Source: a virus
Lineage: Duplodnaviria; Caudoviricetes
DNA: 27,605 nt
Reading direction: 5' to 3' (one strand)
IMG/VR virus record: IMGVR_UViG_3300044267_004855
Coordinates: 1 to 27,605 of that record
Position 1 is the first letter of the stretch. Each line of letters begins with the position of its first letter. The notes below the pieces were generated by a model. It saw nothing but the letters and a program-made list of their open reading frames with translations, had not been told where the DNA came from and ran no database searches. Shown here piece after piece: positions 5,049 to 17,000 of the stretch. Both the position numbers and the translations under genes were made by a program.

Positions 5049-8000
5049 ATGCCAGAAAATACAAGAGTCAAAATTAGTACAGTTGTTAAAAATCAACTGC
5101 CAGATTTCATAAGAGCGGATTTTCCTCTGGCAGGTGAATTTTTAGCACAATATTATACTGCTTTAGAGGGTCAAGGGTCTACATTAGATGTTTTACAGAA
5201 TATTGACAAATATATTAAAATAGATGAATTAACAGATCTTGTAAAATCTACATCTCTTTCAACTAACGTAGGAATTGCTGATAATACTTTAAATGTAGAT
5301 TCTACTACAGGGTTTCCAGATTCTTATGGATTGCTTGAAATAGATTCTGAAATTATTACATATACAGGTATTACTACTAATACTTTTACGGGATGTTCTA
5401 GAGGATTTAGTGGAATTACTTCATATAGGAGTCCTAATAAACCAGATGAGCTTCTTTTTTCTCAATCTGGGATTTCTACTCATTCATCTGGGGCAATAGT
5501 TAATAATTTAAGTATTAGATTTTTGCAAGAGTTTTTTAGTAAGGTAAAAACTCAAATTTCTCCAGGATTTGAAGAAAGAGCATTAGATGATGATATTAAT
5601 GAAAGATTATTTATTAAACAATCAAAAGATTTTTATTCTTCTAAAGGTACAGACCAATCTTTTGAAATTTTATTTAGAGCTCTTTATGGAAAAGATGTAG
5701 AAGTTATTAAACCAAGAGATTATCTTTTTATTCCTTCAGATGCTGATTATAAAGTTTCTAAGCAACTTGTAGTAGAAGCTTTAGACGGAGATCCTACTGA
5801 TCTCATTAATAGAAATTTATTTCAAGATGATGATTATGGATTACCTAAAGCTAATGGAGCTATTAGTAATGTAGAAAAAATAGTAAGGGGTGAAAAAGTA
5901 TATTATAGATTAAGTTTAGATTATGATAGGCATTTAGATGAAATAACTGGAGATTTTTCTATTCATCCTAATACTAAATTGATAGATGGTGTTTCCATAG
6001 GTTCTACTGTTTTAAGTGTAGATTCTACAGTTGGATTTGGAACCACAGGTACTTTAATTGCAACTTATGCTGATAATACTTTTAATGCTATAAAATATAC
6101 TTCAAAATCTTTAAATCAATTTTATGGATGTAGTGGAGTAGATAAGGAGATTTTACCTAAGCAAGATTTAAGATTGGATACTTATGCTTATGGATATTCT
6201 GGGGTAGGTACTGCTAATGTAGTTAAAGTAAGGGTTACTGGAGTTTTATCTGATTTAAATCTTGAATTTAACGGTAGTTATTATAATGAAGAAGGTGGGA
6301 TTATTGAACCAAAGGGTTTAGGTTCTCTTTCTAAAAGTGAAATAACAAAAAATTTATTTTCTAATGTTTCTACCACTTATAATGTAGAATCTATAGAACT
6401 TATTGACTCTTCAAACTTTACTTATAAACTAACTCTTCATAATAATCATGATTTTAAATCAGGTGATGATGCTTTAATTAATAGTATATCTTGTTCTATT
6501 ATTTCTACTGTTAGCTCTAAAGAAGTTTTAATTAAGGGATCAGGAGAATTAAATTCTAACGTTTCATATAGAATTCAAAGATTGCTTTCTAAAGCTAATT
6601 TAAGTAACTATCCTAATGCTAGTATCTATACTACTAATATCCAAAATTCTTATTTAGAAGAAGATAAAGTATATATTGCTGCTCCATCTATTCCAAGTTA
6701 TTTTAATGATGCTTTAGATATTAGAGAAACTGATATTACATTTTCAGGTACTTTTGAAGAAAATAGTGAAATAACTATTAATAATCATGGATTAATAACT
6801 GGAGAAAGGGTAATTTATGTACCTGGAGAAGGTGATAATAAATTAGATATTAGTGCAGGGGAATATTTTGTTAAAAAGATAGATATTAATACTATTAAAA
6901 TTTCTAAGAGTAATGCAAATATTTCTAATGATCTATATGTATCTTTTACTGGTACAGTAACTGATAATAAATTTGAACTCTCATCTTTTACTCAAAAATC
7001 AATAGAATCTCAAAAATTAATAAGAAAGATTCAACCTCCTATTTCATCTCTTATTGATCAACCTACTCCTCAAGGAAAAACTGGTATTTTGGTTAATGGA
7101 GTTGAAATAGCAAATTATAAATCTAATGATGCTGTTTATTATGGACCTATTCAAAATATTTCAGTTACTGCTGGTGGTGATAATTATGATGTGGTAAATC
7201 CTCCTATTTTATCAGTTGCTGATGGGGTAGGTACTGGAGTATCTGCTTATTGTGAAGTACAAGGTGCTGTAGAAAGGATAGATGTTGTAGATGAGGGATT
7301 TGATTATCTTACAAAACCTACTATAAAAATAAGTGGAGGAAATGGTAGAGGATGTATTGCTAATGTTAATTTAATTTTAAAAGAGCATTCTTTAACATTT
7401 GATTCTACTGAAATTGGTGGATATGTTAATCTTACTAATAATACTATTGGATTCTCAACATACCATAAATTTAGAGATGGTGAGCTTATAACTTATATTA
7501 CAGATAAACAAACAGCAATTGCTGGATTAACTACTGATGCTGCTTATTTTTGTGCTGTTAAAGATGCAACTACTGTTTCTTTACATAATAAGTATACAGA
7601 AGCAATTGCTGGAGTTTCTAGTATTTCTCTTACTGGATATGGAGCAGGTATTCAAGAAATTAAATGTGCAAATAAAAAAAGAGTAGTTAGTTCTGTAAGT
7701 ATTGGAAGTTCTGGTTTTGGTTATACTAATAGATTGACTTCTACAAGTTCTGCAGGAATTAATACAGCTACTAACATAATTAATATCCCTAGTCATGGTT
7801 ATAAAACTGGAGAATTAATAAGATATAATAATAAGTCAACTCCTATTATTGGACTTACAACTTTAACAAATTATTATGTAACTGCAGTAGATGGAGGTTC
7901 TTTTAAACTGTCTGCTGTTGGAGTAGGGTCTACTCCAGCTAATTTCTATCTTAGAAATAAGAAATATGTTGAATTATTATCTGGAGGTGAAGGAGTTAAT

Positions 8001-11000
8001 GAATTTAATTATCCACCAGTTACAGTATCCTTAGAAGGTCATATTGGAGTTTCTACTCTTTCTGGTCAGGATTTTAATGCTTCTTTAAGACCTATAGTAA
8101 GAGGATCTATTAAATCAGTATATCTTGCTGATGGTGGAGTAGGTTATGGATCTTCAGATATTATTAATTATAATAGGCAACCTGTTTTTACTCCTAAGAA
8201 AGGTAAGAATGCTCAATTGATTCCTATTATAAGTGTTGATGGTAAATTGACAGAAGTTATAGTATTGAATGTAGGAAGTGAATATAATTCACCTCCAGAC
8301 TTAAAAATGGTAGGACCTGGTAAAGGAACTAAGATTATTCCTATATTGAAAGGAGGTACAATAGATTCTGTTAAAATAGTTAATAGTGGTGTTGGTCATA
8401 CCTCCACAGACGCTACTATAACTGTAATCCCTAATGGAGATGGTGCTAAGTTTTATTCTAATCCTAAAACATGGACTATTAATAGGGTAGAAAGATTAAT
8501 TCAAAATGATCAGATTACTACTGATGATGGAATAGTATCTGTTGGATTAAATGAAGAATTTGGATTGCAATACTCACATTTATATGCTCCTAGAAAATTA
8601 AGGCAATCTGTATATATTAAAAAATCTGTAGGGGATAAGGAAGTTTTTGTACCTGATTTATCTATTGAAAATGATATTGAACAAGTCTCAGTTACTCATT
8701 CACCTATAATAGGGTGGTCTTATGACGGGTCTCCAATTTATGGTCCATATGGATATACAACTAACTCAGGTGGACCTATTAAAATTCTTGAATCTGGATA
8801 TTCTCCATCCATATCTAGTGATAGACCTAACCCTCTCACATCTAGTGGAGAGATGGTATATTCTGAAGGATTTTTTGTAGAGGATTATACATATTCTTCT
8901 GATAAAGATTTAGATGAGCATAATGGTAGATTCTGTAAAACACCAGAATATCCTAATGGAGTTTATGCATATTTTGCACTTATTAATCCTACTGTAAATG
9001 ATGATGAAGGTTCATTTAAAAATTATAGAAAACCACAATTTCCATATTTCATAGGTAATTCTTATAAGCATCAATCTATAGATTATAATTTTGATTATAG
9101 ATCAAATCAAGATTTAGTAGACCTTAATAAAACTAATTTGGTTAGAAATACTGATCCTTATAATTTCCTTCTTACTGATACTAGTTATGATTTCTTAGTA
9201 AATCCAAGTAACATTCATAAACAGAGAACTTATATTAAATCTACTACAGCTGGTAATATAGCAGAAGTGGGGGTTAATACTGGAGGATCTCTGTATAAAG
9301 TAAATGATGAAGTAGTTTTTGAAGATGCAGGATCAAGTGGTTATGGATCTAAAGCAGCAGTTGAGTTTATTCGCGGAAAAACTGTAAATCAAGTAAGTGT
9401 TGCTTATACTGAGTTTTCTAATGTTGAATTTATACTTGGCGAGTATACTGGACAATTTGTAGGATATACTACTAATCCTCATAATTTTTATCATAATGAA
9501 ACTACTTATATTTCAGGATTAAGTACTAGTGGAATACAAAATAATTCTTTAATAAGAATAGGAGTTACAACAGATACTTTTAAATTAGATAATGCAGTTA
9601 ATGCTTCATCTAGCACTGGTATAGTAACATATTTTAATTTAGATGGATATGTCAGACATCCTTTCTTAAGATCTAATGATATTTTAGGAATAGGTACAGA
9701 ATGTGTAAAAGTTTTAAATGTTGATTCAGAATCTTCTAGAATAAGAGTAATAAGAGAGTGGAATTCAACTACAGGAAGTGCTCATACAGCAACTACTAAA
9801 GTTAAACAAAAACCTAGAAGGTTTACTTTTAACCCTCGTTCAAAATCAAATAATGATGATTTAAAATTAAATAATGAATTATATTTTAATCCATCTGAAT
9901 CAATAGGATTAGGAACTGTTTCTGGAGTTGGGATAGGATCTACTATTGTTTTCTCTAATCCAGGAGTTGGTATAAGTGAAATATTCATTCCTACAAAATC
10001 ATTGTATTTTAAAGATCATGGATTGTTGACTGGAGATGCATTAACTTATAGTACAAATGCAGGAGCTGCTGTATCAGTTTCTACTGATGGTATTGATGGA
10101 TTTGCTCTTACTCAAGGACAAACAGTATATGCAGCAAAAATAACAAATGATTTAATTGGAATTGCAACTGCTAGAGTTGGATTAGGATCTACAGGGTCTT
10201 ATGTTGGAATTAATAGTACTACTACAACATCTACATTATATTTTATTGGTGTTGGTACTGGAATATATCATAGTCTTAAAACTAATTATGATAATGTGTT
10301 GACAGGATCATTAAGTAGATCATCTGTAAGAGTATCCACTTCTTCTACTCATGGACTTAAACCTAAAGATGATGTTATTTTTCTAGCTCAACCTGGAATT
10401 ACTACTACTATAAAAGTAGCATATAACGATTATAATAGGAGATTAGTAATAGATCCTAGATCCTTTAGTTCTGGAAATGTTAGTGTTGGTAATAATACCA
10501 TTACTATCTCCAGACATGGATATATGAATGGTCAAAAGATTATTCATACAGCAACTACTTCTTCAGGTGGATTAGTAGATAATGGAATTTATTATGTATC
10601 CATAGTGGATAAGAATACTGTTAAATTATCTAATAATTATTATGATGCTATTCATTCAGAACCAAAAGTAATTGATATTACTAGTGCTTCTGCAGGAACT
10701 CTTTCTCCAGTTAATCCCCCTATAAATTTAGAAAAGAATTTAAAAGTATATTTTGATCTTTCTGATTCTTCTTTATCATTTAGTGATGGTGGAGTATCTT
10801 ATAGTGCATTTGATTTTAATCTTTATAGTGATCCTCATCTTAATAATTCATTTTATACCTCAGGAGAAAGTGACGATTTTAACGTAGTTTCAAGTGGTAG
10901 AATAGGTATAGACACTAATGCAAATCTTACAATTAAAAATGTTAGTGAGATTAATGAGACTTTATATTATAATTTATCTCCAATAAATAAACTTTCCAAT

Positions 11001-14000
11001 TCACTTGTTAAATTAGAAATTGTTAGAGATACTACTAATGTAAAAAATTCTAATTCTGCTAATTTAAGATCTAATCCATTATCTGGAGCTCATTCATTAG
11101 TAGGTGTGGGATCTACTACTTTTTCTTTTATATCTCCTCTTCTTCCTCAAAAATTAGAATATACTTTATCTGATGGAGAATTTGAATATATTACAAATTC
11201 TAAAAATGTAGAGGGTCCAATAAGTAGTGTTAAAATTGAAAATCCTGGATTTGAATATAAGACTTTACCAGGAATTAGTACTATAATAAGTGATAATGGA
11301 ATAAATGCAATTTTAGAAACTAAAGGTCCTACTATAGGTAGAATAAGTAAAAATGTTATACAAGATATTGGATTTGATTATCCTGCTGATAAAACGCTTA
11401 GACCTGAAGCTAATATTCCTCAATTAATTAAATTAGATTTACTTACTTCTTTAAATACTATTGGAATTACTTCTGTTGGTAGAAATTATCTAGAATCTCC
11501 TGGTTTAGTACTTTTAGATGGATTAACTGATAAGATAGTTAGAGATGTAGAATTAGATTATGAATTAGGAGATACTCAAGTTAGTATTTTAAAAAATACT
11601 AAAACTTTGAATAATGTTACTCCTAAACTTCTTCCTATTAGCAATTCTAATGGAATTGCAATTAACAATATTGATTATAATAGTGGCACTAAAGATGTAA
11701 CTATAACTATTGGAGCTAGTTTTAGTGATGCTGCTGATTATCCATTTGAAGTGGGTAAAAAGGTAATGATTGAAGGAGCTAGTGTAGGTCTAGGAAGTAC
11801 AGGAAAAGGTTATAATAGTGAAAATTATAATTATACTTTATTTGAGATTTTAGAAACAGATCCTAATATAGGAGGAAGTTTAGGAACGGTAAGATATAAT
11901 TTATCTAATATTATTGGAGATGGTGAAGTTCCAGGTGCATTTAAGTCTAATCTTTCATCAGCTAAAATTGTAGCAGAAGAAGATTTTCCAATTTTTGATA
12001 TTAAATTGAAAGTTGATGATTTTGAAAAAAATGAAAGTGTAATTGCTGGAAATAAAAAAGGAACTCTACAATCTTGGAATAATTATTATGGATATCTTAG
12101 AGTATCTTCAATTCAAGCTTTTAGTTTGGGAGATTCTTTTATAGGAGAATCTTCAGGTACTAGAGGAACTATAACTGAAGTATTAATTGATAATTCTTTA
12201 TATGATGTAAATGCTTCTTCAATAGTAAAAGAAGGTTTTCAAAAAAATACTGGATTCTTAAATGATGGTTTACAAAGAATTTTTGATAGTGATTATTATC
12301 AATATTTCTCATATTCTTTAAAATCAGAAGTAGAAATTGAGAAATGGAAAGAACCAGTATCTTCTTTAAATCATACAGCTGGATTTAAGAAATTTAGTGA
12401 TTTAATTATTAGTAATGAACAAACATTAGGAATTAGTACTATTCAAGATCAAACTAGTTTTGATGTTATTAATGACTTAATTTCTATCATGGATATGAAT
12501 ACATTCTTTGATTTTGATCTTGCAAGAGAAAAAACTTTGAATATAAATTCTGAAATTATTTCTGATGAAGTAGTCTTTGATTCTAGAATTTTACAAGATT
12601 ATAATGAGTCTTTGGGTAATAGAGTATTAACTGTTGACGATATTAGTGGAGATTTTAATAATAATGCTAGAACAGATGCATTTATGTCTGTTGATAGTTT
12701 TACATTAGCAAGTGTAAGATATAGAAAGTATATTACCTTTATTAGAGATAAGAGATACACTAAAGAAAGGCAAATACTCTTAGTATCTGCTCTTCATGAT
12801 GATACTGGTAATATCTTCTTAAATCAGTATGGTAGAGTTGAAACTAACACTGACCTTGGTGAATTTGGTGGTGATTTAGGTTCCTATGATATGGATGTGT
12901 CTGGTGATGATGGAAGACTTTTATTCTATCCTAAGAAATTTAAATACAATAATTATGATGTTTCTAATGTAGCATTTAATATTTCTGATAGTGTTGCTGG
13001 CGTAGGATCTACTGGATTGGGTGGAATTGTAAATGTTGTTAGTAGCACTACAACTATACCGTTAGGAATCACCACACAGCATAGTATTGTATCTTTTGCT
13101 ACTACTTACAGGGGATCTAAGGTATTAGTATCCTATGCTGCTAGTGATGCATCATATTGGGAACATGATGAGATAACATTGATTCATGATGGCACTAATG
13201 TAGATATGATTGAGTATGGACAATTAACTACAGGCAATGTTGGAAGTGCATCTGGAGAACCTGGTCTTGGAACTTATAGTGCTTATATTGCTGGTTCTAG
13301 AGTTCATTTAGATTTACATCCTACAGTATCAACTGCAAGCACTTATGTTGCTAATACTGTTCATGTTGACTTTGGAAATGCCTCATCTGCTGGAGTTGGT
13401 ACTACTTCATTAAATACATCTCAATTAGATTCTAGATATACTGCTATATCTTCTAGTGGTTCTCCATCTGCTACTACTGTAGCACAGTATGAAACTGAAA
13501 CATTTAATGGAGCATATTATATTGTATGTGTAGAAGATACTACTAATAGTCATTATCAGATATCAGAAGTCATAGTAGTAGATGATGGTACTACTTGTTA
13601 TATAACAGAATATGCTATTAACCAAAGTGTAACTAATCTTGGTGATTTTGGTGCTGCTATTTCTGGTGATTATACAACTTTAACATTTACTCCTATAGCA
13701 AGTGCTAATGTACAAGTAAGGGTCTTTCAAGCTGCTCTAAGACTAGTTGATGAGGCAAATGAGAATACTGAAATAGATTTAACTAATGCTACTATTGATA
13801 CTGGATATGGTGCTTATACAGCAACTGAGACAGATGTTAAGAGAGCATTTGAACTTAAGCATAGACAACTTCCAATCTTTAAGAGAGACTTTGTAGGAAG
13901 TGCTACTACTACTGTAAGTTTAACTGAAGATACAATTACACTGCCTGATCATTATTTTGTTACTGGAGAGCAGTTATCATACAGATATACAGGATCTGGT

Positions 14001-17000
14001 ACTACTTCATCTATTGGTATTACTACTCAAACTATTACTGGATATGGAAGTACGGATAAAATGCCTTCCACAGTCTATGCTGTTAAGGTTGATGATTCTA
14101 CTCTTAGATTAGCTTCTAGTGCAGAAAATGCATTAAAAACTACTCCTACTTATTTGGATATTACTGCTGTTGGAGTTGGTACTTCTCATTCCTTTACTTC
14201 AACTAAACAAAACTCTAGAGTGGTATTAAGTATTGATAATGTAATTCAATCTCCCATAGTTTCTACTGCTGTAACTACCACTATTACTGCTGATGTATCT
14301 GCTACTACAGATAAGATTAAATTATCAGGTATTACTTCTATTACAGGTGGTGATCTCTTAAAGATTGGTAGTGAGATTATGAAGGTAGATTCTGTTGGAT
14401 TAGGTGCTACCAACGTTTTATTAGTTACTAGACCTTGGATGGGAACGGAAACTGATAGTTATAGTGATGGTACTTTAATTACTAAAGTAGATGGAAATTA
14501 TAATATTGTAGATAGTACTGTTAATTTCTTTACTGCTCCAGTAGGGTTAACTCCACTTTCAACTACTACTAATGAGCCAGATGAAAGGGATTGGGTTGGT
14601 ATTGCAACTCATTCATCATTTAATGGTAGATCCTTTATGAGATCTGGTATTACTGATAGTGCTGATGAACCATATTCTAAGAATTATATTTTTGACGATA
14701 TTTCTTCTAATTTCACTGGATTAACTACAGAATTTACTCTTCAATCAGATGGAAGTAATATAGCAGGTTTTTCTACAAGTAATGCATTAGTTTTAGTTAA
14801 TCAAATATCTCAAGGACCACAAAGATATACAGGTGGTGTACATGTCTCAGGAGATTACACTCTTATTGAAAATGTAGGAATTACTAGTATTCAGTTTACT
14901 GGATCTATTTCTTCAGTAGCATCTGATCCTAATAGTTCTAATGTACCTCTTGGAGGTGTTATTGTTTCTGTTGGATCTACAGAAGGTTTGGGTTATCAAC
15001 CATTGGTTGCTGCTGGTGGTACTGCTGTAGTATCTGGTTTAGGTACTATTAGTTCAGTTAGTATTGGAAATAGTGGATCTGGTTATAGGACTGGTATTCA
15101 AACTATTGTTAATGTAGGTGTTCAGACATTAAGTACAGGAGCACCTAATATTGAGTTTATTGGTACTGCTGCTATTAGTGGTGGTAATATTGTAAGTATT
15201 GCTATTACTAATCCAGGTACTGGTTATACATCAACCAATCCTCCTACTGTTGTTATAGATGAGCCATTATCTTATGAGAATATGCCTCTCTTCTATTGTT
15301 CAAATCAATCTGGAGTAGGATCAGAAGCAAGAGCTAATGTAGTTGTTGGATTAGGTGGTAGTGTTATTGATTTTGAGATTATTAATCAAGGATATGGTTA
15401 TGGTGAAACTCAGAAATTAACTATAGGTGTTGGAGGTACTGTAGGCATTCCAACAGCAGGCGCTACAGAGTTTAGAGAATTCCAACTCACAGTTAATGAA
15501 ACTATAAGTGATAGTTTTGCAGGATGGACAGTTGGAGATTTCCAAGTTTTAGATCCTTTAAATTCATTATTTGATGGAAAGACAACTTCTTTTGCTTTAA
15601 ATCTAAATGGAGTACAACAAACCATTCAATCTAAACCAGGATCAAATATAGATGTTGAAGTTGCTATATTAGTATTCATTAATGATATTTTACAAGTTCC
15701 TGGAGTTGGTTATGAGTTTAAAGGTGGTAGTTATATTACCTTTAAAGAAGCTCCTAAATCTGGAGACACATCTAAAATTCTATTCTATCAAGGAACTGGA
15801 TCTGTAGATGTTTCTAGTGTTGATATATTAGAAACAGTGAAGAAAGGAGATGAAATTAAATTATATGATGAGTCTATTAGTTTAGAAGAAAATAAGAGAA
15901 CTGTAACAACTATTAATTCTTCTGATAGTGTTAATACCAATCTTTATCCTGGTCCTGGTATCACTACTAATGAAAGTTTCCAAAGATCTGTTAATTGGTC
16001 TAAACAAACTGTAGATAAATTTATTAATGGAGAAGCAGTTACTAAAGATAGACCTCATTACGAACCGTTGATATATCCTAATACTAATATTATTCAATCT
16101 GTTGGGGTAGGATCTACTGTAATATTTGTTTCTAATATTAGACCATTCTTTGATAATTCTAAAGAGAATTATACTGAACAAACTGATATTAGAATTATTT
16201 CTCAAGAAAGTAAAGTAGGAGCATATGCTACTTCCTTTGTTTCTATTGCTGGAACAGTGACTTCATTTGATATTACTAATCCAGGTGTTGGATACACTAT
16301 AGCACCAAGTGTTTCTATTACTACTCCAATAGGTCTTACTACTACTCAAGGGGCTAGAGCAACTGCTACTATAAGTGGAGTAGGAACTGTTAATGCAATT
16401 ACAGTTTCTTATGGAGGTACCACTACAGGATTTGCTTATACTAATACTGCTGCACCATCAGTTCTTATAGGAGAACCTAAATCAGTTACTTCTATAGAAA
16501 CTATTGAGAATGTATCATATTCTGGTGATTTTGGTATTATATCTGGTATATCCACAACATCTGTTGGAGTAGCATCTACTGGTATAGTATTTGATTTATT
16601 ACTTCCAAAAGATTCATTATTTAGAAATGCTGCTACTGTAGGAACTGCCATTACTGTTAGTGGCATTACAACTGGATATTACTTCACAGTATTTAATTCT
16701 AATGTAGGTGCTTCAGTAACTTCTTTATATCAAGATGGAACTGTAGTTGGAATAGGTACATCTTTCTTAGATAATATCTATGAAGTTGCACAAGTTTCTA
16801 TTGCTCAAACTGTTGGATTGGGAATTGGATTGACTTATGTTGCTCAAGTAACAGTAAGTGTTCAAGACTATAATGGATTGACTGGACTTGGACATAGTGA
16901 ATTCTTTGGTGAATATAGTTGGGGAAGAATTGCTACTTCTCCAAGAGGAAAAGCTAGAGTATTCACATCTTATGCTGGTGACAGTAATGGATTAGTAGGA

